This document shows, one piece after another, positions 17,849 to 29,100 of a stretch of DNA of 61,095 bases (its first letter is position 1; every line of letters begins with the position of its first letter). A program made the position numbers and the translations under genes. This stretch comes from an uncultured Candidatus Saccharibacteria bacterium (GTDB taxonomy: Bacteria; Patescibacteriota; UBA1384; CAZZBO01), in NCBI GenBank assembly GCA_964652345.1, contig CAZZBO010000002.1, forward strand, positions 1-61,095, in the 5' to 3' direction. Under the pieces are notes generated by a model that saw only the letters and a list, made by a program, of their open reading frames with translations, made no database searches and was not told where the DNA came from.

Positions 17849-19565
17849 ACCATTAAAAATTCCTTCATATATAAAAATTACAGATCTTAGTCAAAAAATA
17901 TCAATTCCTGTAGTAAAGATTATGGGAGAATTGCTAAAAAACGGGCTGAGCGTAACTATAAATGACACTATTGATTTTGAAACTGCAGAAATTATTGCAC
18001 TTGAATTTGGTTTAAAATTGGAAAAAGAAACAACTTCTTCAAGCATTAGCGAACAACACGAAACGGTATCATCCAGCAAAAAGCTTGAAACAAGACCCCC
18101 TATTGTAACAATTATGGGGCACGTAGATCATGGAAAAACTTCTCTTCTAGATTTTATTAGAGAAACAAAAGTCGCTGAAAAAGAAGCGGGAGGAATTACT
18201 CAAAACATTACTGCGTATCAAGTAAAGACAACCGTTTATAACAATGAACGAATTATTACATTTATAGATACACCCGGTCATAAAGCTTTTGCAAAAATGC
18301 GAGAACACGGAACCAATATCACAGATATTGTGATATTGGTCGTTGCGGCAAATGATGGAGTAAAGCCACAAACAATAGAAGTCATCGAGTATATTAAGCA
18401 AAATAAAGTCCCTGTTGTCGTAGCTCTTAACAAAATCGACGCGCAAGGAGCAAATCAAGATGCAGTTAAGCGTCAGCTTAGTGAAAACGGTTTAGTTTCA
18501 GAAGAATGGGGAGGAGATACAATAATAGTCCCTATTTCAGCTAAAACGGGAGAAGGAATAAATGAATTACTTGAACATTTAGTTTTGTTAGCTGATGAAC
18601 TGAACTTAAAAGCAAATTATCAATCAGAAGCAAGAGGAGTAGTAATAGAATCACACCAGCAAAAAGGACTTGGACCAGTATCTTTAATATTAATCACAGA
18701 TGGAGTTTTGGAAAAAAATAATTATATTATTTTTAACGCAAGTCGGGGGAAGGTTAGAATAATGGAAACCACCATGGGTAAGCAGATAGATACAGGAAAT
18801 CCATCCCAACCAATAAGAATAGCAGGAATTAAATCGTTACCTGAATTTGGAGAATTTTTCTATATTGTAAAAACCGAAAAAGAAGCAAAAAATATACTAG
18901 AAAAAACAAATTATTCACAGAATAGCTTGATTAAATCTTTGGAAAAAGAAGAAGATAAAAAAATAATCAGGTTTATTGTAAAAGCTGAAAGCAAAGGTAC
19001 TTTAGAGGCATTAATCGAATCAATAAAAAATTTGGAAAACAAACAGGTAAAAATTGTTTTAACAAAAATAGGTATAGGAAACATTCTTGATTCAGATGCT
19101 GACTTGGCTTATTTGACAAACTCAACTCTGATCGCATATAGAGTCAAAATTCAGAAAGCATCAGAAAAAATAATAAAATTAAAAAATTTGTCTATATATT
19201 CATCAAATATAATTTATGAAATATTAGAAAAAGTTGCTGAACTTGTTAAATTGAATACACAAGTCGAATATGATGAAAAAAATATTGGAAAATTAAGAAT
19301 TCTAGGGCTTTTTTATGCAAAGGGGTCTAAACAGGTCATTGGTGGAGAAATTATATCAGGTAAAGCGAAAAATAATGCCTTGATAAAAATTCAAAAAGAT
19401 GAACAAACATACAAGGGTAGGATTGAGTCATTACAAATCGAAAAAGTTGTAGTTGATGAAGTTACTGAGGGATATAAGTGCGGTATGTCTATAGACATTG
19501 ATTACAAAATGCAAAATAATGATATTATAGAAATATACGAAGAAATTGAAAAAAAAGAGGTCTGA
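17841..19565 (+). CDS. infB: translation initiation factor IF-2 (short N-terminus)
   Basis: G-domain [12 protein letters not shown] / DTPGH / NKID. I prefer ATG 17841, which lies 5 nt after GAGGAA, over the track's GTG 17829. Overlaps the gyrA stop by 8 nt. Confidence 0.93.
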   Translation: MNEPLKIPSYIKITDLSQKISIPVVKIMGELLKNGLSVTINDTIDFETAEIIALEFGLKLEKETTSSSISEQHETVSSSKKLETRPPIVTIMGHVDHGKTSLLDFIRETKVAEKEAGGITQNITAYQVKTTVYNNERIITFIDTPGHKAFAKMREHGTNITDIVILVVAANDGVKPQTIEVIEYIKQNKVPVVVALNKIDAQGANQDAVKRQLSENGLVSEEWGGDTIIVPISAKTGEGINELLEHLVLLADELNLKANYQSEARGVVIESHQQKGLGPVSLILITDGVLEKNNYIIFNASRGKVRIMETTMGKQIDTGNPSQPIRIAGIKSLPEFGEFFYIVKTEKEAKNILEKTNYSQNSLIKSLEKEEDKKIIRFIVKAESKGTLEALIESIKNLENKQVKIVLTKIGIGNILDSDADLAYLTNSTLIAYRVKIQKASEKIIKLKNLSIYSSNIIYEILEKVAELVKLNTQVEYDEKNIGKLRILGLFYAKGSKQVIGGEIISGKAKNNALIKIQKDEQTYKGRIESLQIEKVVVDEVTEGYKCGMSIDIDYKMQNNDIIEIYEEIEKKEV

Positions 19566-20392
19566 TGAATCAAGCGCTAGCTAAGGTTTTTTCAATCTTT
19601 ACTGAAACTGTAAATTTTCTGTCAAATGTCTCTCTTAGACAAAATCCTTTTTTAATACTAGATATACTATTAGTTGCTGTTTTGTTGTACTGGGCGTTTT
19701 TCTTTATAAGAGAAACAAGAGCAGTAAGAATAATCTATGGTATTTTAATTTTAATGCTTTTTTTTACTCTTGGCAGATTTTTTCAACTTCAAGCGTTAAA
19801 TTTTATTATGAAAGGTATCTTGACTATGATATTAGTTGCGATACCAATTGTATTTCAGCCTGAGCTTAGATCAATTCTTGAAAAACTTGGGAGAAGCAAA
19901 TTTATAAAAGATTATCGTCATTTTTCTGAAGACAAGATAAATATTTTTATTGAAAACATTTCACGAGCTGTTTTTGAATTATCAAATCAAAATATAGGAG
20001 CATTAATCGTAATAGCCAGAGATAATAACCTCAAAGATTATATTGAGACGGGCGAATTAATTCAAGCAAAGTTTTCACCAGCTTTATTAAAAACAATTTT
20101 TATGCCTAAAACTCCGCTTCACGACGGAGCAGTTGTTATCGTAGGAGAAGAGATTGTAAGCGCTTCATCAATTCTTCCATTGGCAGAAGGAAAATATGAT
20201 GAGAATCTTGGAACGAGACATAAGGCGGCAATAGGAATGTCTTCTGTTACTGATGCTTTGGTGATTGTTGTTTCTGAAGAAACGGGAAATGTCGCAATTG
20301 CGCAAAAAGGGAAATTAGAAAAAAAATTATCTGAAAATGATTTTAGAAAAATTATAAATAAAGCATTAAAGCCAAACAAAAATGATGATTAA
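19565..20392 (+). CDS. cdaA: diadenylate cyclase CdaA (membrane-anchored DAC domain)
   Basis: 275 aa. Three N-terminal TM helices. DAC motifs TPLHDGAVVI, GTRHKAAIG and VSEETG. ATG overlaps the infB TGA. Confidence 0.9.
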   Translation: MNQALAKVFSIFTETVNFLSNVSLRQNPFLILDILLVAVLLYWAFFFIRETRAVRIIYGILILMLFFTLGRFFQLQALNFIMKGILTMILVAIPIVFQPELRSILEKLGRSKFIKDYRHFSEDKINIFIENISRAVFELSNQNIGALIVIARDNNLKDYIETGELIQAKFSPALLKTIFMPKTPLHDGAVVIVGEEIVSASSILPLAEGKYDENLGTRHKAAIGMSSVTDALVIVVSEETGNVAIAQKGKLEKKLSENDFRKIINKALKPNKNDD

Positions 20393-21587
20393 AGCAAATA
20401 TAGGATTAAAGATATTAGCGCTTGCAGGGGCATTTTGTATTTGGTCTTATGTTTATATTACAGAATCAAAAAATATTCAATTACCATTTAATATTCCAAT
20501 AGAATGTAAGGGGCTAGATCAGGGATTGGTGAGTCTGATAAATCCTCAACAATCTTCTGTGTACTTAACAGTAAATGCGCAGAGAAATTCATGGCAAAAC
20601 TTTAAAAAAGATGATTTTGTTGCTTATGTAGATTTAACCGGTATAGGAGAAGGTAACTACGAAGCGGAAGTGAAAGCAACCTCAAAGAATCCTTCTGCGA
20701 GTATAGTAAGTATTTCACCATCAAAAATTACTCTATCTGTTGAAAAAGAAACTATGAAAGAAGTTCCTGTGCAAGCAAAAACAAAGGGTAAGCCCGGAGA
20801 ACTTTTAACCGTTACAGCGTTAAGGACAGAACCTACAACTGCTACAGTAAAAGGTCCTAAGGGCGCAGTAGATAAAGTATTAAGCGCTGTTGCGATTATA
20901 GATGTAGAAGGAATGTCAACAAACAAAACACAAAATATTGATTTGAAATCTTTAGACGAACAAGGAAATGAGTTACAAAATATCAGCTTCAATCCAAAAG
21001 ATGTAATAGTAGAAGTAGAAATAGGAAGAGGCAATCTAAATAAATTAATTTCGATATTGCCAAAAATTGAAGGAGTTACTGCGAGTGGAAAGTGGATGAC
21101 AGGTTATTTGGTTACCCCCTCATCTGTATCAGTTGCCCTCAGTGGGGAGCTTGAAGATTTAAAATTTATAGAAACATTACCAATAAACATTAACAATCTC
21201 GATACTGACCGTGAATTTACTACTAAACTCAAAGTCCCCAACGGAGTTGACATAGAAGATAAAGATCTATCAATAAAAATTTTGATAACTGTTAGCTCTA
21301 TAAACAGTACAAAGGAACAACCACTTGGATTTAGTTTTTCAAATCTTTCAGGTTTAAAGATATCTTCATTTACTCCAAATAAAATCACAGGAGTAGTATC
21401 TGGTGCAAATGACATTTTAAATGTTGCAAACTCTGGAAATTGTTATTTTGATATTGATTTATCAAATTATAAAACTCCAGGAACATATTCCATAGATTTA
21501 AATAATTCTATGTTAAAACTGCCAGGAGGAATAACTTTGGTCAGTTTTATGCCATCAGCAATTTCAATAACCTTAGAGAACAAATAA
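20382..21587 (+). CDS. cdaR: YbbR-domain protein (CdaR-like regulator of CdaA)
   Basis: 401 aa. One N-terminal TM helix followed by repeated ~90-aa beta-rich modules (V..P..V.V.G...). The position directly after cdaA, with an 11-nt overlap, is the canonical cdaA-cdaR arrangement. Confidence 0.7.
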   Translation: MMIKANIGLKILALAGAFCIWSYVYITESKNIQLPFNIPIECKGLDQGLVSLINPQQSSVYLTVNAQRNSWQNFKKDDFVAYVDLTGIGEGNYEAEVKATSKNPSASIVSISPSKITLSVEKETMKEVPVQAKTKGKPGELLTVTALRTEPTTATVKGPKGAVDKVLSAVAIIDVEGMSTNKTQNIDLKSLDEQGNELQNISFNPKDVIVEVEIGRGNLNKLISILPKIEGVTASGKWMTGYLVTPSSVSVALSGELEDLKFIETLPININNLDTDREFTTKLKVPNGVDIEDKDLSIKILITVSSINSTKEQPLGFSFSNLSGLKISSFTPNKITGVVSGANDILNVANSGNCYFDIDLSNYKTPGTYSIDLNNSMLKLPGGITLVSFMPSAISITLENK

Positions 21588-22579
21588 TGTTTATTGACGA
21601 AGCTCAAATCAAAATTCATTCAGGAAAAGGAGGAGATGGAGCTGTCAGTTTTAGACATGAAAAATATGTTCCAAGGGGAGGACCTGATGGAGGAGATGGT
21701 GGAAATGGTGGGGATGTGATTGCGGTATTAAATAAAAGTGTTCATGGACTCGAAGTATTCTCAAGTAATAAAGAATTTTATGCTCAAGATGGAGAAAATG
21801 GAAAAAAGCAAAAAGCGCATGGAAAATATGGAAATGACTTAATTTTGAATGTTCCACCGGGAACAGTAATAACTGACACTGATACAGGAAAGCAATTAGC
21901 TGATTTTAAAAATGATTTAGACAAAGCAATGCTTGCAAAAGGAGGTATGGGTGGGTTTGGAAATGCGAGACTAGCAAAGCCAAATCTTCAAACTCCAAGA
22001 TTTGCAAAAAAGGGTAAAGGGGGAGAAACAAAAAATCTACATATTGAGATTAGATATATTGCTGATGTCGGAATAATCGGATTGCCAAATTCAGGAAAAT
22101 CTACACTTTTATCAGTAATTACAAGCGCTAGACCTAAAATTGCGAATTATCCCTTTACTTCACTTAACCCTACACTTGGCCGACTTGATTATTATGAAAA
22201 TTCAGCAATATTGGCTGATGTTCCAGGATTGATAAAATTTTCAAGTAAAGGCAAAGGTTTGGGGGATAAATTTTTGAAACATATTCTTAGAACAAAAATA
22301 TTATTACATCTCATCTCTTGTGAAAGTGAAAATATCGTTGAAGATGTTACTACGATCAATGATGAGTTAGCTCAATTCAACCAAGAACTTTTTAAAAAAA
22401 ATATAATTTTAGTTATGACAAAAACTGATCTAATGACTAATAAAACGATTGAAAAGAAAGTAAAAGTATTGAGAAAAAAATTTAATCAAGAAATATTGAC
22501 AATAAGTTCTGCAACAGGTAAAAATCTAGATGAATTAAAAAAAATTATTTTTCAAACACTTGACAAAATAAAACATTGA
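21587..22579 (+). CDS. obg: GTPase Obg/CgtA
   Basis: N-terminal Gly-rich Obg fold (FIDEAQIKIHSGKGGDGAVSFRHEKYVPRGGPDGGDGGNGGDV). G-domain GLPNSGKSTL, DVPGL and TKTD. Confidence 0.95.
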   Translation: MFIDEAQIKIHSGKGGDGAVSFRHEKYVPRGGPDGGDGGNGGDVIAVLNKSVHGLEVFSSNKEFYAQDGENGKKQKAHGKYGNDLILNVPPGTVITDTDTGKQLADFKNDLDKAMLAKGGMGGFGNARLAKPNLQTPRFAKKGKGGETKNLHIEIRYIADVGIIGLPNSGKSTLLSVITSARPKIANYPFTSLNPTLGRLDYYENSAILADVPGLIKFSSKGKGLGDKFLKHILRTKILLHLISCESENIVEDVTTINDELAQFNQELFKKNIILVMTKTDLMTNKTIEKKVKVLRKKFNQEILTISSATGKNLDELKKIIFQTLDKIKH

Positions 22580-22651
22580 TATTAGTATAAATGTAAATCG
22601 GGGGAAAATATTTGAATAAGAGCTTACATAAATAAAAAAGGTATTTTTAAT

Positions 22652-22677
22652 ATCCTCAATTGAGGATTGTTTTGTTG
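22652..22677 (+). terminator. hairpin plus interrupted T-tract (obg terminator or rpoB attenuator)
   Basis: ATCCTC (22652-22657) / GAGGAT (22662-22667), loop AATT, followed by TGTTTTGTTG. Confidence 0.4.
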
Positions 22678-22702
22678 TAAAAATTAATTAACGGGAGGAA
22701 AG

Positions 22703-25700
22703 GTGAATAGAAAATATTATAATTCTCTTATAAAAGCGGTACCGTTGCCTAATTTGATTGAGATACAAACTAAATCATACGATTGGTTTTTTAAAGAGGG
22801 GTTTCAAGAATTACTAGATGAAATTAATCCTGTTGATGATTTTACAGGCAATTCAATGCGTCTGGAATTTCAAGATTATAATCTTGAAAAACCAAAAATT
22901 ACCGAAGAGCATGCAAGAGTAAAAAACCTTACTTATAAAGCGCCTCTTCGTTGCAGAGTTAAACTTATTAACAAAGTTACTAACAAAACTAAGGAAAGCG
23001 ATGTATTTTTAGGAGAATTTCCTATAATGACCCCTAAGGGAACTTTTATAATCAACGGGGTTGAGAGAGTTGTAGTGTCGCAGTTAGTTCGTTCTTTTGG
23101 AGTACTATTTATAGATATGGATGTACCAGGAAGAAAATTATTTGGAGCAAAAATAATTCCCACAAGAGGAGCGTGGTTAGAGCTTGAAACCTCAAACAGA
23201 GATGTAATATCAGTAAAAGTTGACCGAAAGAGAAAAATTCCTGTGACCACTCTTCTTCGAGCTCTCGGAATGAAAAATGAATCAGAAATAAAAAATGCAT
23301 TCAAAGACGTTGATAATCACGAAGAACATCAATATATTGAATCAACTTTATCTAAAGATCCAGCAGAAAACAGCGCTCAGTCATTCGTAGAAATTTACAA
23401 AAGAATAAGACCGGGTGATTTAGTTACTGAAGAATCTGCGAAAAGTTTTTTTGAAGCAATGTTTTTCAATCCTAAAAGATATGACTTAGGAAAAGTTGGA
23501 AGATATAAAATCAACAAAAGATTAAATTTAAAAAATGATTTTAGCCCAAACAGTAGAGTTTTATTACTAGATGATATTATTGCCGTTGTGAAAGAAATCA
23601 TTAGAATGAATAATGATGAATCAAGCAAACAAGATGATATTGATCATTTAAAAAATAGAAGAGTAAGGGCAGTAGGAGAATTAGTTCAATCTAGATTGAG
23701 AGTCGGTCTTTTGAGAATGGAAAGAATTATCAAAGATCGTATGAGCGTGATTGACCCTGCAACAGTTACTCCGGCTCAACTAATAAATTCACGTCCGATT
23801 GTAGCTGTGTTACAAGAATTTTTTGCTTCTAGCCAATTGTCTCATTTTATGAACCAAACAAATCCACTAGCTGAATTAGAGCATAAAAGATGTCTGTCAG
23901 CGACTGGCCCGGGAGGACTGACCAGAGAAAGAGCAGGATTTGAAGTTCGAGATGTGCATACTTCTCACTATGGAAGAATATGTCCTATCGAAACTCCGGA
24001 AGGTCCAAATATTGGACTTGTAGGTTATTTAGCTACTTACGCAAAAATCAATGAATATGGGTTTATTGAAACACCATTTTTCAAAATTAAGCAATCCGCA
24101 TCTGGAGCAAAGATTACTGATGAGTTAGTTTATCTTGATGCCGCCGAAGAAGAAGAGTACATTATTGCTCCAGCGTCAGTGGAAGTTGACAAATCAGGAA
24201 AAATTATTGGAAAACAAGTATTGGCTCGAAAAAACGGAGAGCCGTCTCTTGTTGATGTTAAAGATATTAGCTATATAGATGTTTCTTCGCATCAAACCGT
24301 GTCAATATCTACAGCGCTAATTCCTTTTATTGAACATGATGATGCGGCGAGAGCAAACATGGCTTCAAATATGCAAAAACAAGCTGTACCTTTAGTAAAA
24401 GCCGAAGCTCCCATCATAGGAACTGGTATGGAAGAAGCCGCACTCTCTTCAGGTCAAGTCCTTTTATCTTCTGAAAATGGAAAAGTTAAATATGTAGATT
24501 CTTCCAAGGTTATTCTTGAAACAAAAGATGGGGATGTGGAGTATAAACTCGATAAATTCTTAAGATCAAATCAAGCAACCTGTATCAATCAAAGACCTAC
24601 TATAACGACAGGCATGAAAATAAAAAAAGGTGATCTATTAGCCGACAGTTCGGCTACATCAAATGGAGAGTTAGCGCTTGGTCAAAATTTAACAGTTGCG
24701 TTTATGAGTTGGGGGGGAGCAAATTATGAAGATGCGATAATTTTATCAGAAAAAATTTTAAAAGATGATCGTTTAACTTCAATACATATAGAAAAATATT
24801 CTATTGAGGTTCGCGACACAAAACTTGGTCCCGAATTAATCACCAGAGATATACCCAACGTAGGAGAAGAAGCGCTTTCCAATCTTGATGAGCAAGGGAT
24901 AGTAAGAATAGGTGCTGAAATAAGCGCAGGAGATATATTAGTTGGTAAAATTTCTCCCAAGGGAGAAACGGAATTATCAGCGGAGGAAAAACTTCTTCGA
25001 GCAATTTTTGGAGAAAAAGCAAAAGATGTTAAAGATTCTTCATTAAGATTGCCCCATGGTGAAAGAGGACGGATAGTAGATATAAAAATCTTTTCAAAAG
25101 AAGCCGGAGATGAATTATCCGCTGGAGTCTATCAAATGGTTGAAGTGGCCGTTGCTCAAATTAGAAGAATAAGTGTAGGTGATAAGCTCGCGGGAAGACA
25201 TGGAAATAAGGGTGTAATTTCAAAAATACTACCTGAAGAAGATATGCCTTATTTGCCAGATGGAACACCGGTTGATATCGTACTAAATCCTTTAGGGGTA
25301 ATATCAAGGATGAATTTAGGACAAATATTGGAAACTCATTTAGGGTGGTCTTCTGATAAGTTAAACGAAATGGTTGCTACGCCAGTATTTAAAGGGGTCA
25401 AAGTCAAACAAATTCAAGAATCGCTGAAATCAGTTGGATTGCCGGAAAATGGAAAAATTCAACTGAGAGACGGAAAAACAGGAAGAGCTTATGAACAACA
25501 CACGGTTGTAGGAAAAATTTATATGATGAAATTAATTCACTTGGTTGATGACAAGATGCATGCTCGTTCTACAGGGCCTTATTCTATGGTTACGCAACAA
25601 CCTTTAGGAGGAAAAGCTCAATTTGGTGGGCAAAGATTTGGAGAAATGGAAGTATGGGCATTGGAAGCGTATGGAGCCGCTCATATTTTGCAAGAGATGC

Positions 25701-26044
25701 TTACGATCAAATCTGATGATGTTATTGGCAGATCAAAAGCTTATGAATCCATTATTAAGGAAGAAGAAATTCAAAAACCGTCAATTCCAGCTGCGTTTCA
25801 CGTATTGGTGAGAGAATTACAGAGTCTCGGTCTTGATATTGAGCTTATAAATCAAAAGGTCATTGAAGAATTACCAATTGAAGACAATACCCAACCTGTA
25901 TTAAAAGACACAAATATTGAACAGGTCGAACAAACAAATGAAGAACCTGAAATTGTCTCGGAAGATGAATTGGTAACTGAAATTTATTCAGGACAAGATG
26001 AGGTCGAATCAACAAAAGAAGAAATGACAGCAAATGAAACTTAA
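22703..26044 (+). CDS. rpoB: DNA-directed RNA polymerase subunit beta
   Basis: 1113 aa. GTG start after GGGAGG (22693-22698). Conserved blocks [36 protein letters not shown] and [15 protein letters not shown]. Confidence 0.98.
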   Translation: MNRKYYNSLIKAVPLPNLIEIQTKSYDWFFKEGFQELLDEINPVDDFTGNSMRLEFQDYNLEKPKITEEHARVKNLTYKAPLRCRVKLINKVTNKTKESDVFLGEFPIMTPKGTFIINGVERVVVSQLVRSFGVLFIDMDVPGRKLFGAKIIPTRGAWLELETSNRDVISVKVDRKRKIPVTTLLRALGMKNESEIKNAFKDVDNHEEHQYIESTLSKDPAENSAQSFVEIYKRIRPGDLVTEESAKSFFEAMFFNPKRYDLGKVGRYKINKRLNLKNDFSPNSRVLLLDDIIAVVKEIIRMNNDESSKQDDIDHLKNRRVRAVGELVQSRLRVGLLRMERIIKDRMSVIDPATVTPAQLINSRPIVAVLQEFFASSQLSHFMNQTNPLAELEHKRCLSATGPGGLTRERAGFEVRDVHTSHYGRICPIETPEGPNIGLVGYLATYAKINEYGFIETPFFKIKQSASGAKITDELVYLDAAEEEEYIIAPASVEVDKSGKIIGKQVLARKNGEPSLVDVKDISYIDVSSHQTVSISTALIPFIEHDDAARANMASNMQKQAVPLVKAEAPIIGTGMEEAALSSGQVLLSSENGKVKYVDSSKVILETKDGDVEYKLDKFLRSNQATCINQRPTITTGMKIKKGDLLADSSATSNGELALGQNLTVAFMSWGGANYEDAIILSEKILKDDRLTSIHIEKYSIEVRDTKLGPELITRDIPNVGEEALSNLDEQGIVRIGAEISAGDILVGKISPKGETELSAEEKLLRAIFGEKAKDVKDSSLRLPHGERGRIVDIKIFSKEAGDELSAGVYQMVEVAVAQIRRISVGDKLAGRHGNKGVISKILPEEDMPYLPDGTPVDIVLNPLGVISRMNLGQILETHLGWSSDKLNEMVATPVFKGVKVKQIQESLKSVGLPENGKIQLRDGKTGRAYEQHTVVGKIYMMKLIHLVDDKMHARSTGPYSMVTQQPLGGKAQFGGQRFGEMEVWALEAYGAAHILQEMLTIKSDDVIGRSKAYESIIKEEEIQKPSIPAAFHVLVRELQSLGLDIELINQKVIEELPIEDNTQPVLKDTNIEQVEQTNEEPEIVSEDELVTEIYSGQDEVESTKEEMTANET

Positions 26045-26173
26045 TCATAAGTAATCCAATTAGTCTTAATAACACACGACATCAAAAGACTATAGGAGTA
26101 TTAAACCCTGTCTTTCAATAGTTAAGAGAACGAAATAAATTGATTGAACAAGGATTTAGACGAAAGGAAATAA

Positions 26174-29100
26174 ATGCAAAACTTACCAAAAAGCATATTA
26201 AGAGAAAAACAAGAACAAAGACAAAAAATAGATCAAAATACAAAATTGATAGATTTTGATGCACTAAGAATTAGTATTGCATCTCCTGATAAAATTTTAA
26301 ATTGGTCTTATGGTGAAGTATTTAAACCTGAAACAATTAATTATAGAACTCAAAAACCTGAAAGAGACGGATTATTTGATGAACGAATATTTGGTCCCAC
26401 AAAAGATTGGGAGTGCTATTGTGGAAAATACAAAAGAATTAGATATAAGGGGGTGGTTTGTGATAAGTGTGGCGTAGAGGTTACAAGATCTTCAGTCAGA
26501 AGAGAACGAATGGGACATATTGATCTTGCTGTACCTGTTGTCCATATTTGGTATATTAGAGGAATTCCTTCAATATTATCAATGGTTTTGGATATTTCAA
26601 TTTCGGACTTGGAAAAAGTAATTTATTTTGCAGGTTTTATTATTAAAAACGTTAATCAAGAAATTAAAAATACCACTCTTGAACAATTAGAACATGAATA
26701 TCATGATTTAAAAACTAAAAAAGATAAAATTTCTTCTGAACAATGGCTCGAAATTGAAACAAATTATAAAAATACTAAAACTGAAATAGACGCTCTTCGC
26801 CCAAAACGGGTTTTATCAGAAAATGAATATTATGAAATAAGTTTGAAATATGGCCAGATAGTACAAGTGGGAATCGGAGCAGAGGCAATCTTTGATTTGT
26901 TAAAACAAATTAATTTTGATGAAGTAATAACCGAGCTTTCACAAGCGGTTGAAGAAACACAGGGACCAAATAAACGAAAATTTATAAAAAGACTAGGCAT
27001 TCTAACGGGAATGAAAAATTCAAATATACATCCTTCATATTTAGTTATTACCAGACTTCCTGTAATACCTCCTGACTTAAGACCGATGGTTCAACTTGAT
27101 GGTGGAAGGTTTGCAACAAGTGATTTAAATGACTTATACAGAAGAGTATTAAATAGAAACAATAGATTGAAAAGATTACTTAATACAGGAGCACCTGAAG
27201 TAATTTGTAGAAACGAAAAACGAATGCTACAAGAAGCTGTCGATGCTCTTATAGACAATTCTGCAAGAAGAGGAAGAGCGGCCGCTACAACAGGAAGCGC
27301 AAGAAAACTTCGCTCACTCTCAGATATGTTGAGAGGAAAACAAGGTAGATTTAGACAAAATTTATTGGGAAAAAGAGTTGATTATTCAGGACGTTCGGTT
27401 ATTGTGGTAGGTCCGGAATTAAAATTGCATCAATGCGGACTTCCAAAAATGATGGCACTTGAACTTTTTAAACCCTTTGTAATAGCTAAATTAATCGAAC
27501 GGGGATTTGTACATAATGTCAAGAATGCGTCCCGTCTTATCGAAAGACAAACTTCAGAAGTTTGGGATATATTGGAAGAGATAACAACTGAATCAAAAGT
27601 AATGTTAAATAGAGCCCCGACCTTACATAGGCTAGGAATACAATCTTTCCAACCTGTTTTGATAGAAGGAAAAGCAATTCAGATTCATCCTTTGGTGTGT
27701 TGGGCATTTAATGCTGACTTTGATGGAGATCAAATGGCGGTTCATGTCCCTTTATCAAAGGAATCTAAAAAAGAAGCTGAAGAACTACTCTTATCTACTC
27801 ATAATTTATTAAAACCAAGCTCGGGAGAGCCGGTTGTTTCTCCAAGATTGGATATTGTTTTTGGAATTTATTTTCTAACTTCAATAGAAGAAGGAAGTAG
27901 TGAAGCAACAAAATTTTACACAGATGAACATGAAGCTATTACTGCGTATCAAACATCACAATGCAAATTACGGGAACCAATAAAAGTAAGAACTAACGAA
28001 TGCATTATAGAAACAACGATAGGAAGATTGTTATTTAACGAAATCGTACCAGAAAAACTTGGTAGAATTAATGAAACATTAAGTTCGAAAATACTAAAAA
28101 AACTTGTCATAAGGTGTTTTAACGAGTTGGGCCAAGATACTACCGCTGACTTTGTAGATTCGATAAAAACTTTAGGGTTTAGATATGCAGAAATTTCAGG
28201 TATGACTTTATCTATTTCTGATATTGTAGTACCAGTAGAAAAAAACGAAATCATTGAAGGATCCAATAAAAAAGTTGATGAAATATTGAAAAAATATTAT
28301 CGAGGACTGATAACAGAAGAAGAAAAATCTGAAAAAGTTTTTGAAATCTGGACAGAAGCTAAAGAAGAACTGCAAAAACATATGATGAAGGGATATACTA
28401 AGGACAATCCTGTAAATATTATGGTTGACTCTGGTGCGCGTGGATCTACGGCGCAGTTGATACAAATGGGAGGAATGAAAGGTCTTGTGGTTAATCCAGC
28501 GGGAGAATTTATTGAGCTACCTATTCGATCAAATTATAAAGAAGGATTATCAGTTTATGAATATTTCGTTTCCACACATGGATCAAGAAAGGGTAGGTCA
28601 GACACAGCTTTAAAAACTTCAGGTTCAGGATATTTAACACGAAGATTAGTTGATGTAGCTCAAGCTATGGTTATCAAATCATCTGATTGCAAAACAAAAT
28701 TAGGAATTCCTATAAACAGGAACGATACTACAGAAATCAATGAAAATTATTCTGATAGGATAGTCCATCGCTTTATTGTTCAGGATATTGTTGATCCAAA
28801 ATCTAAAAAAATTATTCTCAAGTCAGGCAAAGAAATAACACCTGAATTAGCTATTGAAATTGAAAACAATGAGCAGATAGAAGAAATCTTAGTAAGAACA
28901 CCCATACACTGTTTGGTAAAAAATGGGATATGTCAGAAATGTTATGGAAGAGATTTGGCAACATTACAAGAAGTTAAAGAAGGTGAAGCTGTTGGAATTA
29001 TGGCCGCACAAGCAATAGGAGAACCGGGAACACAGCTTACTATGAGAACATTCCATCTTGGAGGAGTTTCAGGAGCTGACATTACACAAGGTCTTCCAAG

